From Desulfatiglandales bacterium (lineage in GTDB: Bacteria > Desulfobacterota > DSM-4660 > Desulfatiglandales > HGW-15): a stretch of 64,000 nucleotides of DNA. The stretch is from positions 384,001 through 448,000 of the forward strand of contig CAXXJJ010000004.1 in NCBI GenBank assembly GCA_963667015.2, in the 5' to 3' direction. Below the pieces are notes generated by a model. The model saw only the letters and a list, made by a program, of their open reading frames with translations, did not search any database and had not been told where the DNA came from. Below are positions 38,830 to 48,269 of this stretch, piece after piece (within the stretch, counting starts at the first letter, position 1; every line of letters begins with the position of its first letter). Made by a program: the position numbers and the translations under genes.

Positions 38830-38835
38830 GACATT

Positions 38836-41800
38836 ATGAATTTTATACATTTACACGTTCACTCTTCCTTTTCCAAAGGCTGGGGCATAGGCTCCATTGA
38901 AGAACTCTGTCATTCTGCCATCGACATGGGCATGAACACCTTTGCCCTTACCGATACAAACGGTCTTTACGGGCTTATCTTTTATCTTGAAGCCGCAAGA
39001 GAAATGGGGATCAGTCCTATTGTCGGAAGCGAGATCATAACCGATAACAGCAGGGCCGTTCTTCTGGTAAAGGACAGGGAAGGGTACTCAAACCTCTGCC
39101 GGATAATTTCAGCCAGAAAATGTCACAAAAATTTTGAGCTTATTGATTCCCTTCGGGTGCACCGGAAGGGACTGATTGTCATATCCGATGACTTCAGGCT
39201 GCTTAAGGCCCTTAAGCGTGATTCAAACAGGGATATATATGTGGAGATGTCACCCGGGTACAGTATGCACAAATGCCTTGCCTTTTCCCGTGACAGTAAA
39301 ATACCGCCTGTTGCCACCAACAGGGTATTTTTAACCTCAAAAGACCAGTTTGAACTTCACAGAGTCTTGCGTGCTGTTGACCTTAACAGCAAGCTGTCCA
39401 GGCTTAAAAAAGATGATTACTGCATGGAGCACAATTTTTTTAATTCGTCCCAATCCATGATTGACCAGTTTCCCCATGTGCCTGATGCAATAAACAACAC
39501 AGTAAAAATCGCAGAACAATGCATGAAGGAGTGGGATATTTTCACCCTTACCTTTCCTGATTTTGAAAATATGAACAATAAACAGGCCTTTGACAGGCTT
39601 TATAATGAAACCTTAAAAGGGTGTGAAAGGCGTTATGGCGGGATTACCGATAAAGTAAAAGAGCGTATCGACCATGAGATGAAGATCATACAGGAAAAGA
39701 ACTTCAGTCATTATTTTCTTGTTGTGGCTGACCTTGCCGAAAAGTCCCCCCGCTCCTGCGGGAGGGGAAGCGCCGCGGCATCAATCGTGTCATACGCCCT
39801 TGGCATAACCCATGTTGACCCCATAAAACATAATCTCTTTTTTGAACGGTTCCTGAATCCGGGCAGGATTGATCCCCCTGATATTGATATTGATTTCGCA
39901 TGGGATGAGCGTGAGCAGGTGCTGGATTACCTGTTCTATAAACATGGGAATAAAAAGGCGGCAATGGTAGCAAATCACAATACATTTGGTGCAAGGTCCG
40001 CGGTAAGGGAAGTGGCAAAGGTATTTGGGCTTACAGAGCAGGAGATAGGACGAGTAACAGAGCGGATAGGATTCGGCTGGAGACTTAAAAAGATGTGGAG
40101 TGAACTCAAAGATCATCCCAAGATGCGGGATATTGAGTTCGCTGATCCGTGGAATGAAATCCTGGCAACGGCCGTAAAACTGGAGGATCATCTCAATCAT
40201 TTGTCCGTTCACTGCGGCGGAATAGTTATAGTTCCGGATGAGATAAGACGTTATTGCCCGGTTGAGATATCTGCCAACGGTGCCCAGGTACTCCAGTGGG
40301 AAAAGGACTCGGTGGAAGATGCAGGACTTGTAAAGATAGACATACTCGGGAACAGGAGTCTTGCAGTAATACGGGACAGTATTGATCTTGTGGAAAGAAA
40401 CCATGGAATCAAAATAGACTATGCCGCCTGGAATCCTGTTGATGATCCGGATACTGTGAAGATTTTTTACAGGGGTGACACATTCGGGGTATTCTATTTT
40501 GAAAGCCCTGCAACACGACAGGTCCTCACAAAGGTTGCAAGCGGGATTGCCTTTGAGGATTACATCAAAATGGACCACTTTCATCTTAATGTGGTGGTCA
40601 CATCCATTATAAGACCTGCATCAAACCAGAGTATAAGGATATGGGTTGCAAGGCTCCATGGCGGGCCATGGGATGCTATTCATCCTCTTTTAATGCCTGT
40701 TCTTGAGGAGACCCTTGGCGTTATGGTTTTTCAGGAGCAGTTGAGCCAGGCGGCAATATATATGGGAGGATTTGATGCTGCTGAGGCCGATATGCTCAGG
40801 AAGGTGGTCAGTAAAAAGAACAGGGAAAAAAAGCTTAAGGATTTTCATAAAAGGTTTATCCTGGGGGCGTCTGAAAAAGGGGTAGACAGGGAGATAACAG
40901 ACAATGTGTGGGAGATGATGATGGGGTTTGACGGATACAGTTTCTGTAAACCTCATTCAGCCAGCTACACCATGGTTGCATACAAGTCTGCCTGGCTGAG
41001 GGCCCATTACCCTGCCGAATTCATGGCATCAGTTATTTCAAACGGGGGAGGGTATTACTCCACCTATGGGTATATATCGGAGGCAAGGCGTATGGGGTTA
41101 ACAGTGCTTCCTCCTGATATAAACCTGAGCGAAATAAAATATACGGGGAGGGATAAAAATATAAGGATAGGCCTTATGCAGTTGAAGGAGCTTTCCATGG
41201 AGGCACGGGATTCCATCATATATGAGCGGAATAAAAACGGACTGTTTAAATCTATTGAAGATTTCCTGAAACGAATTTCAGGCCGTATGCACTTGCAGGA
41301 TGCCAGGGTGCTCATAAAGGCCGGATGCTTTGACAGTATATGCAATGGTATTAACAGACCTGGCCTTATCTGGATGGCTCTTGATTTTTTCAATAAAAAG
41401 GAGGAAAGGGAACAGTCTCAGACACTCTTTGATTATGGAAAGAAACCGGTTCCTATAAGCATGCCGGCGCTAAAAAGGGAAAACTACTCAAAATCTACCA
41501 TGCTTAAGCATGAATCCGAGATACTTGGGTTTATCCTTTCGGTTCATCCCCTTGAACTTTATCAGGATCTTTTAAGAAAAATAAAATATGTGCAGGCAAA
41601 GGATCTCTCAAAATACACAGGCAGATATGTAACCATGGTCGGATGGCTTGTAACGGGCAAAACAGTGAGAACAAAGGAAGGCGACCAGATGAAGTTCGTT
41701 TCCTTTGAAGATACGACAGGTATCTATGAAACTGTGTTTTTCCCGAAAATATATAACAGTTACTGCCATATGCTTAACGCTGCAAGACCCTATATGCTTA

Positions 41801-41880
41801 AAGGAAAGGTGGATATGGATTTTGGGTCGATAAATGTAAATGTTCAGTGGCTGGGATTTCTGGACAGATATAAAGGGTGA
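38836..41880 (+). CDS. dnaE2: Second DNA polymerase III alpha subunit (error-prone DnaE2/ImuC-like)
   Basis: PHP HLHVHS; GRGSAA, FERFLN, PDIDIDF, KIDILG and GYSFCKPH motifs; OB fold; lexA-imuB context. Confidence 0.88.
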   Translation: MNFIHLHVHSSFSKGWGIGSIEELCHSAIDMGMNTFALTDTNGLYGLIFYLEAAREMGISPIVGSEIITDNSRAVLLVKDREGYSNLCRIISARKCHKNFELIDSLRVHRKGLIVISDDFRLLKALKRDSNRDIYVEMSPGYSMHKCLAFSRDSKIPPVATNRVFLTSKDQFELHRVLRAVDLNSKLSRLKKDDYCMEHNFFNSSQSMIDQFPHVPDAINNTVKIAEQCMKEWDIFTLTFPDFENMNNKQAFDRLYNETLKGCERRYGGITDKVKERIDHEMKIIQEKNFSHYFLVVADLAEKSPRSCGRGSAAASIVSYALGITHVDPIKHNLFFERFLNPGRIDPPDIDIDFAWDEREQVLDYLFYKHGNKKAAMVANHNTFGARSAVREVAKVFGLTEQEIGRVTERIGFGWRLKKMWSELKDHPKMRDIEFADPWNEILATAVKLEDHLNHLSVHCGGIVIVPDEIRRYCPVEISANGAQVLQWEKDSVEDAGLVKIDILGNRSLAVIRDSIDLVERNHGIKIDYAAWNPVDDPDTVKIFYRGDTFGVFYFESPATRQVLTKVASGIAFEDYIKMDHFHLNVVVTSIIRPASNQSIRIWVARLHGGPWDAIHPLLMPVLEETLGVMVFQEQLSQAAIYMGGFDAAEADMLRKVVSKKNREKKLKDFHKRFILGASEKGVDREITDNVWEMMMGFDGYSFCKPHSASYTMVAYKSAWLRAHYPAEFMASVISNGGGYYSTYGYISEARRMGLTVLPPDINLSEIKYTGRDKNIRIGLMQLKELSMEARDSIIYERNKNGLFKSIEDFLKRISGRMHLQDARVLIKAGCFDSICNGINRPGLIWMALDFFNKKEEREQSQTLFDYGKKPVPISMPALKRENYSKSTMLKHESEILGFILSVHPLELYQDLLRKIKYVQAKDLSKYTGRYVTMVGWLVTGKTVRTKEGDQMKFVSFEDTTGIYETVFFPKIYNSYCHMLNAARPYMLKGKVDMDFGSINVNVQWLGFLDRYKG

Positions 41881-41900
41881 AGTTAAGCAAGAAAATATAC

Positions 41901-41930
41901 TTGACGCGTAACCGTAATAACTCATATACT
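41901..41930 (+). promoter_or_regulatory. sigma70 promoter of glyS
   Basis: TTGACG-N18-TATACT. Confidence 0.55.
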
Positions 41931-41986
41931 CCCGTCTTTAAAAATTATTTAATATCAAAATGATGCAAAAGTAGCGGAGGTGTGCC

Positions 41987-43477
41987 ATCGCAAAACAGAA
42001 AAATCAAAGAAGTGAAATAGTCGAGAAAGTCGTATCCCTTGCAAAGAGAAAAGGTTTTGTTTTTCAATCGAGCGAAATCTACGGAGGTTTGAATGGCTGC
42101 TGGGATTACGGCCCTCTGGGCGTTGAACTTCTAAAGAATATTAAGGAAGAATGGTGGAAGTTCATGACATACCGGGAAGATGTTGAAGGACAGGATGCAA
42201 GCATCCTGATGCATCCCCGTGTATGGGAAGCTTCCGGACATGTTGAAAACTTCACAGATCCAATGGTCGACTGTAAACAGTGCAAATCAAGATTCAGGCT
42301 CGATATCCTTGGGGATGCAATACCTGATAAGAAAAAGGAAAAGGTTTTTACCTCCTTTTCCGAGGCTGTTAAAGGTTCCGAAAAGGAACAGATGGTCCAA
42401 GATATCATTAATCTGGATATTTCTTTGAATGAGAAATTTGAGAAGATTCTTGAGAATAATACAATTGCCTTTGATCTCCTTGCCCATATTAACTGTCCAA
42501 ACTGCGGAACCGAGAACTCTTTTACCGAGCCGAGAAAGTTTAATTTAATGTTTAAAACCTTTGTCGGACCGGTTGAAAGCGAAGATAATGTAGTTTATCT
42601 CAGACCTGAAACAGCCCAGGGTATATACGTCAATTTTCTTAATGTACAGGTTGCAAGCCGCCAGAAGCTTCCCTTTGGAATTGCCCAGATAGGAAAGGCC
42701 TTCAGAAATGAGATAAATACAAAGAACTTTCTTTTCAGGACCAGGGAATTTGAACAGATGGAAATGCAGTACTTTGTAAAACCTGAAGATGATGAAAAGT
42801 TTTATAAATACTGGAAAGAGGCAAGACTTGAATGGTTTAAATCTCTGGGGATGTCTCCTGATAAGCTTAGATATCATGACCATCCTGATGATAAACTCGC
42901 ACATTACGCAAAGGAAGCAACGGATATAGAATACCTTTTCCCCTTCGGATGGGGTGAGATTGAAGGAATCCATAACAGGACCAACTTTGACCTTAACCGC
43001 CATGAAGAATATTCAGGCAAATCCATGAGGTATTTTGATGAAGAGACCAAGGAAAAGATAATCCCCTTTATTATTGAGACATCAGCCGGTGCAAGCAGAT
43101 CCTTTATGGCATTTCTCGTAGATGCCTATCAGGAGGAAGAGGTAAATGGTGAAAACCGTGTTGTTCTTAAATTTCATCCAAAACTGGCACCGATAAAGGC
43201 TGCAATATTTCCGCTCGTAAACAGGGATGGGATGCCTGAACTGGCACGTAAAATAGAGGCCGATTTAAGGCCTTATCTGCGTGTTTTCTTTGATTCAAAG
43301 GGGGCGATAGGAAGACGTTACAGGAGGCAGGATGAGGCTGGAACACCGTTCTGTATTACTATTGATACCCAGACCCTTTCGGATAATACTGTCACTGTAC
43401 GTGAAAGAGATTCCATGGAGCAGAAGCGTATTGAGATGGATAAACTGCTCATGTATCTGCTTGATAGACTGAGGTAG
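41987..43477 (+). CDS. glyS: Glycine-tRNA ligase, alpha2 (homodimeric) type; probable non-AUG start
   Basis: SLAKRKGFVFQSSEIYGG lies upstream of the TTG at 42089; LRPETAQG, FRNEI, FRTREFEQME and IGRRYRRQDE motifs. Confidence 0.9.
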   Translation: MAKQKNQRSEIVEKVVSLAKRKGFVFQSSEIYGGLNGCWDYGPLGVELLKNIKEEWWKFMTYREDVEGQDASILMHPRVWEASGHVENFTDPMVDCKQCKSRFRLDILGDAIPDKKKEKVFTSFSEAVKGSEKEQMVQDIINLDISLNEKFEKILENNTIAFDLLAHINCPNCGTENSFTEPRKFNLMFKTFVGPVESEDNVVYLRPETAQGIYVNFLNVQVASRQKLPFGIAQIGKAFRNEINTKNFLFRTREFEQMEMQYFVKPEDDEKFYKYWKEARLEWFKSLGMSPDKLRYHDHPDDKLAHYAKEATDIEYLFPFGWGEIEGIHNRTNFDLNRHEEYSGKSMRYFDEETKEKIIPFIIETSAGASRSFMAFLVDAYQEEEVNGENRVVLKFHPKLAPIKAAIFPLVNRDGMPELARKIEADLRPYLRVFFDSKGAIGRRYRRQDEAGTPFCITIDTQTLSDNTVTVRERDSMEQKRIEMDKLLMYLLDRLR

Positions 43478-43501
43478 TGTCAAAATTTTAATAAAATTAA
43501 G

Positions 43502-43533
43502 AAGCCCTGGCATTTAGATGCAGGGCTTTTTTT
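43502..43533 (+). terminator. Intrinsic terminator after glyS
   Basis: AAGCCCTGGGCAT-TTAG-ATGCAGGGCTT-TTTTT. Confidence 0.75.
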
Positions 43534-43708
43534 AATGATATTATTCAAATAAATATAAGGATTACTTGTAAAAACCTTATAAAGATTATATTGTATTGTC
43601 CGGATTGTATTAAATTGAGTGTTCAGGGGATAATATAAAAACATCTCCAAATAAAACAGGACCGACTTACAATCCTGCTATTTGAATTTATTTGAATTGA
43701 AGGAATAT

Positions 43709-45217
43709 ATGACAGAGGAAAAGGAAGATAAAGTAGAATATCACAGGGCGGAAAGTCCGGAATTTTTAACTGAAACAAAATTTGAAGATCTTGGATTACC
43801 TGAAAAGATACTTGCCGGGCTCAAGGAAGCCGGGTTTGAAAAATGCACACCTATTCAGCAACAGGTTATCCCTGTCTCCCTCTCGGGTAAAGATGTCGCC
43901 GGCCAGGCCCAGACCGGTACAGGGAAAACCATCGCATTTTTAGTATCAGTCTTTTCCCGCCTGCTTTCGGATGACCTCAAAAAAAACAATCTGTCCTCAG
44001 CCCTTATAGTGGCTCCCACAAGGGAACTTGCCCTGCAGATTTATGAAGATGCCGAACTGATAGGCAAAAACACGGGTCTGACCTTTGCCCAGGTTGTGGG
44101 AGGTATTGATTATAAAAAACAGGCTGATAAACTGCTTGAAGGTCCGGATGTAGTAATATGCACCCCGGGCCGGGTTATTGACTATATCAAGCAGGGAGTT
44201 TTCAAAACCAACGGAATAAAGATAGTTGTGGTTGATGAAGCGGATCGTCTTTTTGATCTTGGGTTTACCAAGGATATGCGCTTCATATTGAAAAAATTAC
44301 CTAAATATACCGAACGGCAGTCACTTCTTTTTTCCGCTACACTCTCACACAAGGTTCTGGCACTCACATATGACTATATGAACCTTCCAGAGTTTATATC
44401 TGTTATACCGGATACCACTGCAGTAGAAAATATAGAGCAGGTACTTTACCATGTGGGCTCACATGAGAAGTTCAATCTTTTACTGGGGCTTCTTGAACGG
44501 GAAGACTGGTCCAGTGTGCTTATCTTTGCCAATACAAAGGCCGAGGTTGAAGTTCTTGAGCACAGATTAAAGGGAAACGGTTTTCCTGCTGAAGGCATCA
44601 CCGGAGACCTTCCTCAGACAAAACGTCTTAAGCTGATGGAGCGGTTTAAGAACGGAAAGACAAAAATTCTAGTTGCGACTGATGTTGCGTCAAGGGGCAT
44701 CCATGTGGAAGATATAAGTCATGTTTTCAACTATGATCTTCCCCAGGATGCTGAAAATTATACCCATAGAATAGGACGTACCGCCAGGGCAGGAAAGAGC
44801 GGCAAGGCTATATCCATGGCCTGTGAAACCTATGTTTATTTTCTTGAACCAATTGAAAAAATGCTTGATAAGAGTATTCCTGTGGAATGGCCTGAAGAGG
44901 GCTGGTTTAAGGAAGATAAGTCCCCGCCCGTTACCTCCAGAAGGAGAGGTCGTCCGACAAAGTCTTTAAAGCCAAGGACGAAAAGCCCTGCTAAAAAGAG
45001 CAAAGAACCACCCTCATATCTTCGGAATATCGGATGGAGTACTGAACCGGGAGGTATTTTTGGTCTTGTGCCGGAAAAACGTGTGACTGTTGAAGGCAAG
45101 GCTGAGCAGACGCCTAAAAAGAAAAAAAAGAAAAGCCGACCGCGAAGGAAGAAAAAACCGGTACAGCATAATGAAACACCGGATACAAACACCAGCGTAG
45201 AAAAAAGCAGTTCCTGA
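43709..45217 (+). CDS. DEAD-box RNA helicase (RhlB-like) with basic C-terminal tail
   Basis: Q-motif, AQTGTGKT, PTRELA, DEAD, SAT and HRIGRTAR motifs; start likely ATG 43709. Confidence 0.92.
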   Translation: MTEEKEDKVEYHRAESPEFLTETKFEDLGLPEKILAGLKEAGFEKCTPIQQQVIPVSLSGKDVAGQAQTGTGKTIAFLVSVFSRLLSDDLKKNNLSSALIVAPTRELALQIYEDAELIGKNTGLTFAQVVGGIDYKKQADKLLEGPDVVICTPGRVIDYIKQGVFKTNGIKIVVVDEADRLFDLGFTKDMRFILKKLPKYTERQSLLFSATLSHKVLALTYDYMNLPEFISVIPDTTAVENIEQVLYHVGSHEKFNLLLGLLEREDWSSVLIFANTKAEVEVLEHRLKGNGFPAEGITGDLPQTKRLKLMERFKNGKTKILVATDVASRGIHVEDISHVFNYDLPQDAENYTHRIGRTARAGKSGKAISMACETYVYFLEPIEKMLDKSIPVEWPEEGWFKEDKSPPVTSRRRGRPTKSLKPRTKSPAKKSKEPPSYLRNIGWSTEPGGIFGLVPEKRVTVEGKAEQTPKKKKKKSRPRRKKKPVQHNETPDTNTSVEKSSS

Positions 45218-45239
45218 GATAAATAATCCTGAAACCGCC

Positions 45240-46889
45240 ATGAATTTTCTTCCCATAACCAAAGAAGAAATGCAGCAAAGAGGCTGGAATGAACTTGATG
45301 TTATCCTTGTTACAGGGGATGCATATGTGGATCATCCTGCCTTTGGCATAGCTGTAATAGGCCGGGTGCTCGAAAGTAAGGGTTTCAGGGTTGGCATAAT
45401 ATCAATGCCTGACTGGAGAAATCCTGCTTCCCTGAACGCGCTGGGTAAGCCCAGGCTGTTTTTTGGTGTAACAGGCGGTGCCGTTGATTCTCTGGTATCA
45501 AAATATACTTCATTCAAACGCCTGAGAAGTGATGATCCATATACTCCTGGTAAATCAGGTTCCGATCGGCCTGACCGTGCTATCATCACATACTGCAATC
45601 ACATAAAAAGCATATACAAGGATGTTCCTGTTGTAATAGGAGGCATAGAAGCCTCCATGAGGCGTATTGCCCATTTTGATTTCTGGAGCAACAAGGTCAG
45701 AAGATCAATAATTGAAGACTCCAGGGCTGATGTACTTGTATACGGCATGGGCGAATCACAGATAGTAAAAATCGCACAAAGGCTTGCAGCAGGGGAGGGG
45801 CTGGAGAATATTCCAGGTACAGTAATATTGTCAGGAGAAATGCCTGATAATGCAGTAATACTTCCAACGGAAGAGGATGCAGTAAATGATATAACCAGTT
45901 TTATGGAGTTGTATAAGCTGTTTTATAGAAACCAGCATAAAACAATGGCCCAGAAAACTGCCAAGAGATATATAATCCATATTCCACCGCCTCAAGAGAA
46001 TACAGGCACCCTTGATGATATTTTCAGTCTTCCATTTTCACGCCTGCCTCATCCTTCATATAAAGAGCCTGTTCCAGCCTATGAGATGATAAAGAATTCG
46101 ATTATCTCACACAGAGGATGTTTTTCCGGGTGTTCATTCTGTTCTCTTACATTGCATCAGGGGAAAAGAATTGTAAGCAGGAGCCGCGGGTCAATTCTGG
46201 AAGAAGTGGAGGGACTGGCTGCAAGCAATCAATTCAAAGGACACATAACAGATATTGGGGGGCCGTCTGCAAATATGTATTCTTTTGAATGTGCAGCAAA
46301 ATGGAAATGCAGCCGTGAAAGCTGCCTTTTCCCTTCTATATGTAAAAACATTAAGTTTAAGACAGGGACATGGATAAATCTTCTTGAAGATGCTCTGTCG
46401 GTTAAAGATGTAAAAAACGTCACCATTGGTTCCGGTTTACGCTATGATCTTTTCATGAAAGACCCGGACAGTAAATCACTCCTTAATAAACTGGTTAAAT
46501 CCTTTATCAGCGGGCAGCTTAAAATAGCGCCGGAACACACTTCAGGAAGGGTTCTGGCTGCCATGAGAAAACCGCCTTTGTTCGATTTAAAGGAGTTTGT
46601 AGGGCATTTCAGGAACAGCACATCAAAGGCCGGGAAAAAACAGTACCTGCTGCCATACCTCATGTCATGTCATCCGGGCTGTATGTATAAGGATATGAAG
46701 GATGCCAGAAAAAAAATTATGGAACTCTTTAATTTTATCCCCGATCAGGTCCAGGCATTCATGCCTCTTCCAATGACCCTGTCTTCTGTTATCTATTATA
46801 CAGGTATGGATCCTTTAACCGATGAAAAATTTCCAGTGATAAAAGACATGAACGAAAGAAGAAAACAGCATAAAGTCTTCTTTGAATAA
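45240..46889 (+). CDS. YgiQ/UPF0313 family radical SAM protein
   Basis: GDAYVDHP, GGIEAS.RR..H.D.W, RGCFSGCSFC and DIGGPSANMY motifs. Confidence 0.9.
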   Translation: MNFLPITKEEMQQRGWNELDVILVTGDAYVDHPAFGIAVIGRVLESKGFRVGIISMPDWRNPASLNALGKPRLFFGVTGGAVDSLVSKYTSFKRLRSDDPYTPGKSGSDRPDRAIITYCNHIKSIYKDVPVVIGGIEASMRRIAHFDFWSNKVRRSIIEDSRADVLVYGMGESQIVKIAQRLAAGEGLENIPGTVILSGEMPDNAVILPTEEDAVNDITSFMELYKLFYRNQHKTMAQKTAKRYIIHIPPPQENTGTLDDIFSLPFSRLPHPSYKEPVPAYEMIKNSIISHRGCFSGCSFCSLTLHQGKRIVSRSRGSILEEVEGLAASNQFKGHITDIGGPSANMYSFECAAKWKCSRESCLFPSICKNIKFKTGTWINLLEDALSVKDVKNVTIGSGLRYDLFMKDPDSKSLLNKLVKSFISGQLKIAPEHTSGRVLAAMRKPPLFDLKEFVGHFRNSTSKAGKKQYLLPYLMSCHPGCMYKDMKDARKKIMELFNFIPDQVQAFMPLPMTLSSVIYYTGMDPLTDEKFPVIKDMNERRKQHKVFFE

Positions 46890-46892
46890 AGG

Positions 46893-48269
46893 TTAATAAA
46901 GCTCATATTTTTTAATTTTCAAACCAAGCGTCTTTCGGTTGATCCCGAGTAATTTTGCTGCTTCCGTCTTTCTTCCCTTTGTTTTTTTAAGGATAAACCT
47001 TATATATTTTTTCTCAAGTTCCTCCAGGGAAAGAATATCCTCTGTGAACATCTGAAAATCAACCTGGCTTCTTGATATGAAAGAAGGGAGGTCATGCGTT
47101 CTTATAATATCTCCCTCTTCCAGAATCAATATACGTTCAATGGTATGTTCAAGCTCCCTTACATTGCCGGGCCAGCTGTGTTCAATAAGGATATCCATGG
47201 CTTCGGGTGAAATCTCAGGCACATCTCTTTTTACCCGTTTACTGTATTTTTTCAGGAAGTGATCTATCAGCAGGGGAATGTCTTCTTTCCGGTTTCTTAA
47301 TGGCGGGATTCTCAGGGGTACTACACTCAACCTGTAATAAAGATCTTCACGAAATGATCCTTCATTTATCGATTCACGCAGGTCCTTATTGGATGCAGAT
47401 ATTATTCGGATATCCAGCTTTATTTTTTTCTGGTCTCCAACCTTCATGAATTCTCGTTCCTGAATAACCCTTAAAAGTTTAGCCTGTATCTTCTGGCTGA
47501 GGTTGGATATCTCATCAAAAAAGAAGGTCCCGTTGTTGGCAAGTTCAAATAAACCGTGTTTGGTATGATACGCCCCTGTAAATGATCCTTTCACATGGCC
47601 GAACAGTTCACTTTCCAGAAGTGTCTCAACAAGGGATGAACAGTCAATTGCAACAAACTCATTTTTATTCCGTTTGCTGTATTCATGAATAGCCTTGGCT
47701 ATCAATTCCTTTCCTGTACCGCTTTCACCTGTGATAAGGACTGTACTGTCGGTTGGTGCAACTTTAAGAACCTTCCCAAAAAGCGACTTCATTGCATGGC
47801 TCTTACCTATTATCAGTTCCTGAAAGGTATTTATGAGGAGCCCGTTTGAGGTGCCATCATGAATGTCCGTCGCTGAACTTGTTTCATTAAGGAAATTTAA
47901 TTTTTTAATGGAGGCTTCAAGATCATGGAGTTGAAAGGGTTTAACAAGATAGTCAACCGCCCCGAGTTTTATACAACGGACAGCCGTGTCTATTGTCGGA
48001 TATCCGGTTATCATAATTACCTTTAATGCGGGGCATATTTTTTTTATCTCATTTAAGACGGTCACCCCGTCCATTTCGGGCATTTTTATATCGAGAAGCG
48101 CCAGATCAAACTGCTGCTCTTTCAGTATTTCAAAGGCCTCCGGGCCGCTGGAAACAGCAACCGACTTAATTCCCCTGTCTGCGAGCGCCCGGGATACACT
48201 TTTTCTGATTACCGACTCATCATCTATAATCAGTATATTATTGATATTTAAACGGGTGTTATCAGGCAT
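46893..48269 (-). CDS. sigma54-dependent response regulator (NtrC/AtoC family)
   Basis: REC, GESGTGKE, GSFTGA, FREDLYYRL, WPGNVREL and Fis HTH; start likely ATG 48269. Confidence 0.92.
   Translation of the reverse strand: MPDNTRLNINNILIIDDESVIRKSVSRALADRGIKSVAVSSGPEAFEILKEQQFDLALLDIKMPEMDGVTVLNEIKKICPALKVIMITGYPTIDTAVRCIKLGAVDYLVKPFQLHDLEASIKKLNFLNETSSATDIHDGTSNGLLINTFQELIIGKSHAMKSLFGKVLKVAPTDSTVLITGESGTGKELIAKAIHEYSKRNKNEFVAIDCSSLVETLLESELFGHVKGSFTGAYHTKHGLFELANNGTFFFDEISNLSQKIQAKLLRVIQEREFMKVGDQKKIKLDIRIISASNKDLRESINEGSFREDLYYRLSVVPLRIPPLRNRKEDIPLLIDHFLKKYSKRVKRDVPEISPEAMDILIEHSWPGNVRELEHTIERILILEEGDIIRTHDLPSFISRSQVDFQMFTEDILSLEELEKKYIRFILKKTKGRKTEAAKLLGINRKTLGLKIKKYELY

Noticed and set aside
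39790..40584. 264-aa antisense ORF inside dnaE2, and the many other short shadow ORFs in the track
   Set aside because: Overlap well-supported genes and show no recognisable motifs
45100..45160. A-rich low-complexity stretch at the end of the helicase gene
   Set aside because: Encodes an ordinary Lys/Arg-rich RNA-binding tail
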